Of a DNA stretch of 64,000 nucleotides, positions 36,726 through 46,047 are shown piece by piece (the stretch's first letter is position 1; each line of letters starts with the position of its first letter). The notes beneath the pieces are model-generated. The model saw only the letters and a program-made list of their open reading frames with translations. It was not told the origin of the DNA and ran no database searches. This DNA comes from a virus. The position numbers and the translations under genes are program-made. The stretch is from positions 45,774 to 109,773 of IMG/VR virus record IMGVR_UViG_3300022927_000008; one strand, written 5' to 3'.

Positions 36726-38722
36726 TAATGTTGTTGGTGATAGATTTTTTTACTAATCACAAAACCATTTGTCCATTCTTGAACTATAAAATAGATTCCT
36801 GTATCTAGATAATCATTATATTGTACTTCTTGTCCTTGCAAATTATATAGTTTTTGAGTAACAACTTCTTCTCCTGCCTCTTGTACTAATCGTCTAAAAC
36901 TATCTAATGGGGGAGACATTAAACCTGTTCCACATTCAGTATCAAAATTAGCAATAGCATCTAATATATCATCTACCCCTACAACCCCATCTTGGTTGAT
37001 ATCAAATTGGTTACAAGGTTCTACTTCAAGTCCATAATATTGTATAATTTGTAGTATATCACTTACCCATACAAATCCATTACCATCTACATCCCATGGA
37101 CAATCGTTAGGGGGACAAAAAGAGGGTATTACATAAAAGGGTAAAGGTTCACCATCAGCCCACCCTCCTTGGATTGAGTTTAATGTATCATTCCCACTTA
37201 TAATTGAGATAAGCCCATACTCATCAGGATTATCTACACAATAATAATGTAACCCATTACCAAAAATATCTTCTAACACTAAAACATAGTTACCTTCAGG
37301 TAAACAAAAACTATAAGTTTCAGATTCACAAGAATAATCAGCATTAGTATATGTCTGGCTTCCTACCCCACTAATAGCATCTCCTATAGGATTGTTTAAA
37401 CTATCAGCCTCGTATAAAACCCAATGGAATCCGTAGGGAAGGGCGTCAAATTGTATATTAATATCAATAAGAGAACCTTCATAATTGTCAAGTTGAACTG
37501 ACTGAGTGTTATTATCTGCGTAGACATCTCCTAAGGCATCTACATTAATTTCAATATCTACTAGACCATAACCTACTTCAAAATTAGGTATAGTTATAGT
37601 TTCACTTTCACCAAATCCTAAATTACCTGTCCAAATCATAAATAACTCTTCACCATTAATTGTATAATTAATAGTGGTTTCAGTTAAAGTATCACCATAA
37701 CTAGTTAATATAAATTCTATATCTTGTGTAGGGTCACAACCAAGATTTGGTATAGTAACACCACTTACACCAGCATCTACACCATCAATAGCACCACAAG
37801 CTAGTGTGTTATTTACTACCCCTGGGCGAGCTGTTTCTAGTCTGCTAAGCATTCTTAAAGCTTGACCCTGGGTAAAACTATCCATGCATTGGTCATTAGA
37901 ATAATCCATGAAATTCTCCACCAATGTTTCAGGACATGATAAAGGTCCACATCCCGCAGAACCTGTAGTTGGTGGGGTATCGCATACAGCATCACCTTGG
38001 CTGACGCAATTACCAGTAGGATTACACGTAGAAGTATTGTGGAATGTATGGAATAACCCACAATAATGTCCTAGTTCGTGTACTAGTGTTCTATTTAAAG
38101 CATAATTATTTTGATACCCAGTTATTCCAAAGTAATTTGTACCTACAAATACCCCATAATTTGAAGGGGCTAAATAAGCAAATCCTAAAGGACTAGTAAA
38201 AGGTGCAACAAAAATATTACAATAATTACTACGATCATACCCAATTAAATTAGAAACATTTACATTATTTAAGTAAAAATCAGAAATGTCACCGAAACCT
38301 AAATCATCCCAATTATAATATCTAATACCTTCAATTGGAGCACCACTAGTAGATAAATTTGCAATACAAAAATCTATTTCTGTATTTGCTGTGGGGTCGT
38401 CACTAAACTCACCTGCAAAGTTTTGGTTGGCATTATCAATAGCTTCTTGAACATATTCAATAGGTAAATGGTTATCCACTCCATAGGGCTCACCAAGGTG
38501 AATAATATGGACAATAACCGGTACAGTTATAGGAAGATCAGGCATAGATGAAGCCCTTTTAGCTTCTTCTGCTTCCTTAGCTATTTTTTCAAGTTTTAAA
38601 TAGCTTCGTTTAAATTTAGGATCTTGTAGCTGTTGCTCAAAAAGAGCATCTGTGCCACATCTTTCTTGCCCATAAAGGGGCAATGTCATAAGTAGTAAAA
38701 ATAGGAAAATCAGTTTTTTCAT
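36725..38722 (-). CDS. secreted M43 (pappalysin/ulilysin-like) zinc metalloprotease with dockerin-like Ca repeats and T9SS type-A-like tail
   Basis: Signal peptide, RCG cysteine switch, HELGHYCGLFH, NFMDY Met-turn, DVDGNG/DINQDG, LYNLQGQ...GIYF...KK. Confidence 0.9.
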   Translation of the reverse strand: MKKLIFLFLLLMTLPLYGQERCGTDALFEQQLQDPKFKRSYLKLEKIAKEAEEAKRASSMPDLPITVPVIVHIIHLGEPYGVDNHLPIEYVQEAIDNANQNFAGEFSDDPTANTEIDFCIANLSTSGAPIEGIRYYNWDDLGFGDISDFYLNNVNVSNLIGYDRSNYCNIFVAPFTSPLGFAYLAPSNYGVFVGTNYFGITGYQNNYALNRTLVHELGHYCGLFHTFHNTSTCNPTGNCVSQGDAVCDTPPTTGSAGCGPLSCPETLVENFMDYSNDQCMDSFTQGQALRMLSRLETARPGVVNNTLACGAIDGVDAGVSGVTIPNLGCDPTQDIEFILTSYGDTLTETTINYTINGEELFMIWTGNLGFGESETITIPNFEVGYGLVDIEINVDALGDVYADNNTQSVQLDNYEGSLIDINIQFDALPYGFHWVLYEADSLNNPIGDAISGVGSQTYTNADYSCESETYSFCLPEGNYVLVLEDIFGNGLHYYCVDNPDEYGLISIISGNDTLNSIQGGWADGEPLPFYVIPSFCPPNDCPWDVDGNGFVWVSDILQIIQYYGLEVEPCNQFDINQDGVVGVDDILDAIANFDTECGTGLMSPPLDSFRRLVQEAGEEVVTQKLYNLQGQEVQYNDYLDTGIYFIVQEWTNGFVISKKIYHQQH

Positions 38723-38756
38723 AGCGGTTTGGTTGTAACTTTCGGTTATAAATATT

Positions 38757-38784
38757 AAAAAAGGCACCCGAAGGTGCCCTTTTT
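38757..38784 (-). terminator. intrinsic terminator
   Basis: GGCACC-TTCG-GGTGCC plus T6 on the minus strand. Confidence 0.9.
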
Positions 38785-38803
38785 GGCATAAATTTGTAAG
38801 TCG

Positions 38804-39577
38804 TTAAACTCCACGTTCTGTATTATAAGCTATAATATGGTCTCGACCAGTCATATTATATCCATGCTCAGCGACCATTTCAAATACTTTAGGGTACATT
38901 TCAACTAGTGTTTCTCTTGTATCCCCTGCAGGCATAACAAATGTTTTATTTTTAGGAATATTCATTTTAACTCTAAATTCCTCAATTTCAGCTAAACACT
39001 CATCGGTACCATCCCAAACTGGTTTATAATGATAATCACTATGAAAATCAATCATTTTCTGAATGTTCTCATAATGGAGTCTAAACTTGTTATGCTGAGT
39101 GACAAACCTTTCATCAACCACTTTACCACCGGGAGTAGTAATACCCACACGAGGGACAGAATTAGAAAACTTAGGGCTAAGGGATACGAGACCAAGTGGA
39201 AAATCCGTTTCCACGAAGTGAGACCCTTCGGTTTCGATTGTAATGAGAATTCCTCTTTCGTTGGCAAAATGGGTAAGTTCATTTACAAGGGCAGCATGCA
39301 TTGTTGGTGAACCCCCTGTTAACATCATCTCTTTTACTTGAGGATTCTCATCATAAATATTGATAATGTCATTAAATGTAAACGTACCTTTTTCAGGGTG
39401 GATTGAAGTATACCACGAATCACACCACCCACCTTCACCAAACCAACAGCGGTGGGTACATCCTGTAGTTCGAACGGCAATAGTGGGGCGCCCGAAACGG
39501 GAGCCCTCACTTTGCACGCATCGATATACCTCTAATACAGGTAATACTTTATCGTAATCTTCTATCCTTTTAAGCAT
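38804..39577 (-). CDS. queE: 7-carboxy-7-deazaguanine synthase (radical SAM)
   Basis: QSEG, CTHRC...WCDS, LTGGSP, IETEG, SLSPK. Confidence 0.92.
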   Translation of the reverse strand: MLKRIEDYDKVLPVLEVYRCVQSEGSRFGRPTIAVRTTGCTHRCWFGEGGWCDSWYTSIHPEKGTFTFNDIINIYDENPQVKEMMLTGGSPTMHAALVNELTHFANERGILITIETEGSHFVETDFPLGLVSLSPKFSNSVPRVGITTPGGKVVDERFVTQHNKFRLHYENIQKMIDFHSDYHYKPVWDGTDECLAEIEEFRVKMNIPKNKTFVMPAGDTRETLVEMYPKVFEMVAEHGYNMTGRDHIIAYNTERGV

Positions 39578-39578
39578 A

Positions 39579-40199
39579 TTATCTTTCGATCTTTAGAAAC
39601 TTTTCACCATTTTTAATATAAATGGAGTTAAAGGGAATTTGATCGTAGCTATCAATTTCTTGACCCATAATATTATAGTAAATATTATTTTGTGGGGTTT
39701 TATTTTCTAGCTCTAGTATTGAATTAGTACTACTAGGTACAAGAACAGCATCAATAACATGAACAACACCATTATCTGTGACAAGGTCAGCAACTGTGAC
39801 CATGGCATATTCAACTGTGACTCCTGTGCTATCTACACCAATAGTTAAAGTACCATTGTTTAGTGCTGTTACTTCCATACCATCATACAGATCAGTACTT
39901 AGAGCTGTGGTTCCCACAACATGATATGTAAGAATATCTGCCAAGTTTTGTAACTCTAATAGATCAGTGGGTTCGAGTTGGAGTGAGGTTGCTAAAGTAA
40001 TAAATGCACTATCTGTAGGTGCAAATACTGTAAATGTTCCTGTTGTGTCGCTTAAAGCTTCAACTAATCCTGCTTCTACTACTGCAGCTTCTAACAAGGT
40101 GTGGTCTTCGCTATTTACAATAACATCAACAACAGTTGTTTGTGCAGAACTAACTAGGGTGGTTAAGGCCAACCCAAAGGCCATAATTGTTTTTTTCAT
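39579..40199 (-). CDS. secreted fasciclin (FAS1) domain protein with short T9SS-like tail
   Basis: FTVFAPTDSAF, ILTYHVV, NGVVHVIDAVL; YYNIMGQ...YIKNGEK. Confidence 0.9.
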   Translation of the reverse strand: MKKTIMAFGLALTTLVSSAQTTVVDVIVNSEDHTLLEAAVVEAGLVEALSDTTGTFTVFAPTDSAFITLATSLQLEPTDLLELQNLADILTYHVVGTTALSTDLYDGMEVTALNNGTLTIGVDSTGVTVEYAMVTVADLVTDNGVVHVIDAVLVPSSTNSILELENKTPQNNIYYNIMGQEIDSYDQIPFNSIYIKNGEKFLKIER

Positions 40200-40227
40200 A
40201 ATTTTGATTTTTGTTATTAACTTTTAT

Positions 40228-40686
40228 TTATTCAGCATAGATTGCTGTGTTTTTTCCGTGTTCTCTAAATTCTACTTGCATAACCTTAACACGTCCATCT
40301 GTTTCTTCTAATACAAACTTGTTAAGTTTCTCATAAATATACTGAGCAAAACGTTCTGCTCCAGTTGCTGGTATTTCTCTAAGTTGAATTACACCTGCTT
40401 CATCCATTCTACGAAATGATTCTAGGAATGGATCGTCTTCAGCTACAAGCATAGTATGATCAAACATATGGTCCATCCAAGCTTTAGGATTCATACCATC
40501 AATTTCGGTTTTAGCACGTTTCATACCCCCAAAATCCCAAACCCAATTACGTTCGTCTAGTTCCCCTTTAAACCATACTTTAAACGAGATTCCATAACCA
40601 TGGAGAAATCTACAATGTGTGCCTTCTGCTTTAGCTTGACGAAACACACAGCTAAACCCATCAAATACTTTAGTTGATATAAACAT
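40228..40686 (-). CDS. queD: 6-carboxytetrahydropterin synthase
   Basis: CRFLHGY, WVWDFG, FDH, TGAE, EH. Confidence 0.9.
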   Translation of the reverse strand: MFISTKVFDGFSCVFRQAKAEGTHCRFLHGYGISFKVWFKGELDERNWVWDFGGMKRAKTEIDGMNPKAWMDHMFDHTMLVAEDDPFLESFRRMDEAGVIQLREIPATGAERFAQYIYEKLNKFVLEETDGRVKVMQVEFREHGKNTAIYAE

Positions 40687-41522
40687 TAGGCTTCAGCTAA
40701 AACTTGTTCAACATGTTGTTTTACAGTATTCCATGTAACGGGTCCTCTCTCATCAGCATATTGTACCGGATCCTCTGTCCCCAACTTAATAAACGCTTCG
40801 ACACGTTCCACCGAAGAAGCAGATTTATAGTCGCTGTACCACTTATCACCAAAACTAAGGGGCTTATAAGAAGTATTTGTAAGGGAATAAACTCGGTTGA
40901 AATCAAGTCCCAATTCATCGCAGCATCTTCTTCCATCAAGCAAAATATCATACTTATCCCCACTGAGGTAAGGGGTATGATAGGTAACGCGCCCAGCGTT
41001 CCAATTACCTTCGGTGAAAGCTGCATAGTCAGCGTCCCTGAACTCTTGTCTACAATCGGGGTATATAGCATGATCACCTGCGTGAATACCCATCGCAATA
41101 TGTACTTCAGTATCTTTTTCATTTGCTATTGATAGTGCTACCGCTTGAATTATTGATGAGAAAATTTTATTTCTATTAGGAACAACTGTTTCCTTCATGT
41201 TTTCCTGTTCATAGTGTCCTTCAGGCACCTCATCTCCACCTTCTACAAGGGCACTATTAAGCATAGGAGCCAAACCATCAAGTTTAATTACTCCATATTT
41301 AATTTCTGGGTATTTTTCCCTAAATTCACCTAGTGGGGATTGTTCAAGTCTAACTGTATTAAGGTGGCTTACTAATTCACGAGCACGGGAGAGTTCAACT
41401 TTATGTTTTTGTCCATAATCAAAACTCAAAGCTGTAACCTCGTAGCCTTCTGCTAATAGTCTTAGCAAAACTGTGGAGCTGTCCATTCCTCCACTTAAAG
41501 ATAAAACTGCTTGTTTATTCAT
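40686..41522 (-). CDS. queC: 7-cyano-7-deazaguanine synthase
   Basis: SGGMDS, FDYGQKH, VPNRN, YPDCR. Confidence 0.95.
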   Translation of the reverse strand: MNKQAVLSLSGGMDSSTVLLRLLAEGYEVTALSFDYGQKHKVELSRARELVSHLNTVRLEQSPLGEFREKYPEIKYGVIKLDGLAPMLNSALVEGGDEVPEGHYEQENMKETVVPNRNKIFSSIIQAVALSIANEKDTEVHIAMGIHAGDHAIYPDCRQEFRDADYAAFTEGNWNAGRVTYHTPYLSGDKYDILLDGRRCCDELGLDFNRVYSLTNTSYKPLSFGDKWYSDYKSASSVERVEAFIKLGTEDPVQYADERGPVTWNTVKQHVEQVLAEA

Positions 41523-42337
41523 GTTATATTATTAATTAATTTAAAGTATGTAGTATTATGTCGTATAGCTTCATATATGGCTTCATCAAATTTAGCATCA
41601 ATTACTTCATCTATTTTAGTTTTAGGTTTAGAATCTAGACCCCAATTATTATAAAGAGTACCATCAAATGCCGCCATTACAGGATTTGAAGTGTCTATGC
41701 TTACAATTTGTTTTACATCCTTATAATATAAAAACTCTTGTGGGAGGGAACAACCTAAAAGATGAATTTTATCGCTTTTTCCAATAAGACCCATATTAAT
41801 CATTTTGCTAATAACTAATTGACGTCCCAATGCTTTCCCAATATCCTTATTAGGATGTGGGAATATATCGTTATAATAGCTAGCTCCATATGAAAATGCA
41901 ATTTTGGTGTAACCCAACCACTTATATGTTTGATAACACTTTACTACGTCATCAAATGATTTACCTTGTACTACTGCAACTTTCTTTACTCCTTCAGGTA
42001 ATTCAATAAAGCTCCATTCTTTAGCTTGGCGCATTGATTGGGTGGCGTCTTCCCAAGCATCTGGTACTATAAATTCATCGGGTTTTATTTCCTCAATAAT
42101 AGAAATCATTCTACCTTTTGAGTAAGGTGCTCCAAGTTCATGGAGAGAATTATCCATTATAATGTGACGCTTACCTGCATGGTTGCTTCTTTGGAAGAAT
42201 TCTTTGTACTCCTCAAATTGATCATACAAATGAGGGAGTAAATAGTCATAGTCGTTAAATTCTAGACTAGCTTGTAGGTAAGTAAAAGGTATCTCATGTG
42301 ATACTATTGCTCCCTTTGCTGATGCTTCTATACTCAT
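41519..42337 (-). CDS. TGT/DpdA-like transglycosylase-fold protein
   Basis: MDNS, PD, VVQG, HLLGC, SIDTS motifs; ATGA-coupled to queC. Confidence 0.7.
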   Translation of the reverse strand: MSIEASAKGAIVSHEIPFTYLQASLEFNDYDYLLPHLYDQFEEYKEFFQRSNHAGKRHIIMDNSLHELGAPYSKGRMISIIEEIKPDEFIVPDAWEDATQSMRQAKEWSFIELPEGVKKVAVVQGKSFDDVVKCYQTYKWLGYTKIAFSYGASYYNDIFPHPNKDIGKALGRQLVISKMINMGLIGKSDKIHLLGCSLPQEFLYYKDVKQIVSIDTSNPVMAAFDGTLYNNWGLDSKPKTKIDEVIDAKFDEAIYEAIRHNTTYFKLINNIT

Positions 42338-42847
42338 TTAAAAATATAATTCTTTATTTTTTGGTGGTCGACCTCTACGGGGTGCTGTAGTGGGACGATT
42401 GTATTTACCGTATTTGTCTTCACAGTAATTATAAAATTCCTCCAGTGTACCTCCAACCTCAACTACATCATGATCAAAATCTTGTTTGGTCATACGAAAT
42501 GTGGTAGTAAAATCTTTACGTAATTGGGTCAGATTTTCCTTTTCATACTTTTCATGATCATCAACAAGACGACGGCGACGGTTTTTATCAAGACGGGTCT
42601 CAGCAGCTTGGGCTTGACCATCACCTTCATATTTTTTGTATTTTTGATCAATTTCCCATTGACAATAATGGATTTGCCACAAATAAGGACTTGGGTCGTA
42701 GTCACCATTACGAATTTTGTCAATCAATGGAGCATAATTGTGTAAAGACTGACCCTTACGGCCCCATCTACGCCACCAAAAGAATTGATTGTAATTCAAT
42801 TTTTGGAGTTGCGACAACTGCTCTTCGATAACCTCAATTGTGTGCAT
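42338..42847 (-). CDS. hypothetical protein with C-terminal AT-hook
   Basis: PRRGRPPK; first gene behind the promoter at 42852-42883. Confidence 0.7.
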   Translation of the reverse strand: MHTIEVIEEQLSQLQKLNYNQFFWWRRWGRKGQSLHNYAPLIDKIRNGDYDPSPYLWQIHYCQWEIDQKYKKYEGDGQAQAAETRLDKNRRRRLVDDHEKYEKENLTQLRKDFTTTFRMTKQDFDHDVVEVGGTLEEFYNYCEDKYGKYNRPTTAPRRGRPPKNKELYF

Positions 42848-42851
42848 GAGG

Positions 42852-42883
42852 TGAATATACGAATAAAAATTTAAAGATCCAAA
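42852..42883 (-). promoter_or_regulatory. promoter TTTGG-N17-CGTATATTCA heading the que operon
   Basis: Exact match to the recurrent motif. Confidence 0.7.
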
Positions 42884-42884
42884 T

Positions 42885-43250
42885 TTATCTTTTACCCCCG
42901 TAATAAGGCACTGCTAAATTTTCAGCTAATAATTTTTCACTTAAATTAATGTGATTATGAGCGTTAGGTTCTATTCTTACATCACCCAAACATCTACCAT
43001 ATTTATCTACTCCTTTTGAGTAAAGGAAAAACTGGCCGTCTGTGAGAGCTAAGAGTTCCTCTACTCTTGCTTTGGCTTTTAATCCTTTTTTCTTTTCATC
43101 TAAATCCCTAGTTCGAGATTCATAGGCATCTATTCCGTTTAACCTAATACGGACATGTTTCCATGTATCAAAACCTAAATCTACTAAGGCGTCAATAGTA
43201 TCACCATCAACAACTCTATCAAGTTTAGCATTGTAATAATATAAAACCAT
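42885..43250 (-). CDS. thermonuclease (SNase-like)
   Basis: VVDGDTID, RLNGIDAYE, DKYGR, YYGGKR. Confidence 0.92.
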   Translation of the reverse strand: MVLYYYNAKLDRVVDGDTIDALVDLGFDTWKHVRIRLNGIDAYESRTRDLDEKKKGLKAKARVEELLALTDGQFFLYSKGVDKYGRCLGDVRIEPNAHNHINLSEKLLAENLAVPYYGGKR

Positions 43251-43259
43251 TTTTAAAAC

Positions 43260-43793
43260 TTAGTGAGGAAAAGTATTTTTTTTACTTAACTTTTTGTTAG
43301 TTTCTACCAATGAATCTAAATAAAAAACCCAATTTTGTAAAGAGTCTACATAATTTAATAAATCTTGGTTTTCTTGATTTAATCTTATAATTGTAGGGTA
43401 ACATTCATTACCACACTTATGTAAAGCATGATTTAAATTGTCTTCTATTTCTTGAATTTTTTCTTCAAGAAATAAATTATTTGCTTGGTAGGCAAAAAGT
43501 AAACTATCTTTAGCTCCTAATTCTCCTGATAAATTTGTTAATAGGGCTTCTTCTTGGTTTACTGTATACTGTAATTGGAGAATCTGGTTTCTTGTTTTAA
43601 TTTTGTCTTCAAGGATTTCATCAAGAGCTATATCTGCTACTTCTAAAGTAGCATCTACAGTTGCTAATAAATCTTCATTAAGTTCAACTGATGGGGATAC
43701 ATCTACTTTTACAGGGGTTTTTATATCTTCTCCTGCTTCTACCCCACAGCCTACTAATAGTACAGCTAGTATTAATCTCGTGTGTCTAAACAT
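43260..43793 (-). CDS. coiled-coil lipoprotein (o-spanin candidate)
   Basis: LLVGC lipobox, long coiled coil; overlaps the upstream TM protein. Confidence 0.55.
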   Translation of the reverse strand: MFRHTRLILAVLLVGCGVEAGEDIKTPVKVDVSPSVELNEDLLATVDATLEVADIALDEILEDKIKTRNQILQLQYTVNQEEALLTNLSGELGAKDSLLFAYQANNLFLEEKIQEIEDNLNHALHKCGNECYPTIIRLNQENQDLLNYVDSLQNWVFYLDSLVETNKKLSKKNTFPH

Positions 43794-44038
43794 TCTAATA
43801 ACTTTTCGTTAATTACTTCTAGTTTTTCTTCGTACCTAAGGATAGTTTCTTCTAAGGATTCAATCCTTTCTTTATGATCCTCAATCCTTTGCACACAAGA
43901 AGATTCTAAATTTTCGAGTTGAGCCTCATGAATTTTCATCATGTCTACATACAAATACCCTATTACTCCTATAGCCGCGAATGCTATTGCTGCAACTGGG
44001 TTTTTAGTAAACTGCTCAAATGTTATAGGTGACTTCAT
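43772..44038 (-). CDS. single-TM coiled-coil protein (i-spanin candidate)
   Basis: N-terminal TM then coiled coil; next to the holin. Confidence 0.5.
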   Translation of the reverse strand: MKSPITFEQFTKNPVAAIAFAAIGVIGYLYVDMMKIHEAQLENLESSCVQRIEDHKERIESLEETILRYEEKLEVINEKLLECLDTRD

Positions 44039-44049
44039 TTATTTAATAG

Positions 44050-44093
44050 AAAAAGAGGGTCTAACCAGTATTTATGTAACTGATTAGACCCTC
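44050..44093 (-). terminator. intrinsic terminator
   Basis: GAGGGTCTAA...TTAGACCCTC stem followed by a T-tract. Confidence 0.8.
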
Positions 44094-44114
44094 AAGTTAA
44101 GTTTTTTTGTTTTA

Positions 44115-44300
44115 TTAAGCTTCTGTTTCGGTAGCTTCTGCTTTGTTCTTATCGATCACAGACCAAACACCACCAACGAGTGTCATTACTGCACCAAATA
44201 ATTCCATAAAAGTAGCGTCATCAAGGACACCCTGTGTTACTAAAACACCACCAACAAATGTTAAAGCGTGTCTTACAATTCCTAATACTTTGTCTTTCAT
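44115..44300 (-). CDS. putative two-TM holin
   Basis: GIVRHALTFVGGVLV...WSVIDK. Confidence 0.7.
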   Translation of the reverse strand: MKDKVLGIVRHALTFVGGVLVTQGVLDDATFMELFGAVMTLVGGVWSVIDKNKAEATETEA

Positions 44301-44334
44301 AATAATTTGTTTTTAAGATTCATGTATAAATATA

Positions 44335-46044
44335 TCACCCATCACAAGAAACGCATTCTGCAGTACGGGATCCTAAATCTCCTTTTATCACGGAATCTGT
44401 GCGAAGATAATATAAAGTTTTAACTCCTAATTTCCAAGCCTCCATATGACACTGGTTAATCCATTTAGGGGAATCAGTAGGGTCAAATGAAAGGTTTAGA
44501 GATTGTGTTTGATCAATATATTTTTGTCTAATAGCTGCTTGCCTAACTAATTCAAGTTGATTTACCTCACTAAATGTTAAATATACCTCCTTTTCGTCAG
44601 GTGATAATATATCTTCAGATAAATTTTGAACAGAACCATTGTCTGCTAAGATTTGATCCCATACTTTATCTGTGTTGTGTCCTTTACCTTCTAATAAACA
44701 TTCCAATTCTTTATTTTTAACAATAAATGTTCCTTTAGCACCATTAAAAGTGTAGATATTAGCTGGGATGGGCTCAATACCTGCTGAACAATTGTTTAGG
44801 CGAGAATTTGAGACTGTAGGTGCAATAGCAAGTAAGTGGGTATTTCTCATACCTGTACCCTTACACCAAGTAGGTTCACCATATTCTTCAGCAAGTTGTC
44901 TTGAAGTAGCTTCTGCTTTACTTCTAATATCACTAAAAATAGTATGGGTCCAGGCTGTTGAAGCAATAGAATTAAATGGCAATCCTTTTTGTTGAAGGAA
45001 TGAGTGCCAACCCATTACACCTAATCCTAATGCTCTACCTTTTTTAGCGTGTCTCCAAGTACGAATAAGTGATTCTTTACCTGCACTTTTATCAATAAAC
45101 TCTTGCATTACACCATCTAAAAAGCGAATAGATGTTTCTACTACATCAGTATCTTTCCACTCATCGTATTTTGCGAGGTTTAAAGAGCTTAAACAGCAAA
45201 TAAAACTATGCTCTTCATCTGTGTGGAGTGTAATCTCAGTACAAATATTAGTCATACTGACATCAAGGTTATTCATAGCATATGCTAAAGGGTTGTTTTT
45301 ATTAACATTATCCTTAAACATAATATATGGTTCACCTGTTTCTACACGTGTTTTAAGTATCTCAAGCCAAAGTTTCATAGCATTGCTGTCCCTATCTTGT
45401 AGACGTCTCATAAAAGTATCATCTACTACAACACATTGGTGTAGATTAAGACACTGTCTATTAGGATCACCTTTAGGTCTACGAATCTGCATAAACTCAT
45501 CAATATCAAGGTGATTGATATCTAAGTTTACAGAAGCAGCACCTCTACGAACTGAACCTTGGTTAGTTGCTATGATAGCTGAGTCGTAGATTTTACACCA
45601 TGGTACTACACCTTCACTTTTACCATTACCTGTAATTGTAGTTCCTCTAGGGCGAATTCTAGAAACACTAATACCTACACCACCACCTAAAGCGGTAAGT
45701 TTCATAAGTTCAGCATTTGTTAATCCAATTCCCCTAACGCTATCAGGTGTATCAATACCAAAACAGCTGATGGGAAGACCCCTATCGGTCCCAGTGTTAG
45801 ATAACACGGGAGAAGCAAGGCCAATCCAACCGTTCCAAATATATCTGTAGAACTTATTTTCCAGATCTGGTCTATTAATACGTTCTGCGATCGCTTTCGC
45901 AACTCTTCTGTAGGCTTTCTTTGGTGTTTCATCCGGTAATAAATACCCTTTAGATATAGTTGCTACGCCTACTTCATCCATCCATTCAGGGTAATCCTTT
46001 CCTGCAACCCAATTTGTTGTATCTGCTACTAAATTTCCGTCCAT
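44335..46044 (-). CDS. nrdA: ribonucleotide reductase class I alpha subunit (no ATP cone)
   Basis: PISCF, RRGA, TNICTE, APT, TLYY, C-terminal CVSC. Confidence 0.97.
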   Translation of the reverse strand: MDGNLVADTTNWVAGKDYPEWMDEVGVATISKGYLLPDETPKKAYRRVAKAIAERINRPDLENKFYRYIWNGWIGLASPVLSNTGTDRGLPISCFGIDTPDSVRGIGLTNAELMKLTALGGGVGISVSRIRPRGTTITGNGKSEGVVPWCKIYDSAIIATNQGSVRRGAASVNLDINHLDIDEFMQIRRPKGDPNRQCLNLHQCVVVDDTFMRRLQDRDSNAMKLWLEILKTRVETGEPYIMFKDNVNKNNPLAYAMNNLDVSMTNICTEITLHTDEEHSFICCLSSLNLAKYDEWKDTDVVETSIRFLDGVMQEFIDKSAGKESLIRTWRHAKKGRALGLGVMGWHSFLQQKGLPFNSIASTAWTHTIFSDIRSKAEATSRQLAEEYGEPTWCKGTGMRNTHLLAIAPTVSNSRLNNCSAGIEPIPANIYTFNGAKGTFIVKNKELECLLEGKGHNTDKVWDQILADNGSVQNLSEDILSPDEKEVYLTFSEVNQLELVRQAAIRQKYIDQTQSLNLSFDPTDSPKWINQCHMEAWKLGVKTLYYLRTDSVIKGDLGSRTAECVSCDG

Positions 46045-46047
46045 AAC

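Noticed and set aside
22079-41522. Cellular (bacterial chromosome) origin suggested by groEL, que genes and T9SS cargo
   Set aside because: These genes are interleaved with T4-like clamp, clamp loader, PolB, gp32, UvsX, gp41 and a holin on a single strand and share the same promoter motifs.
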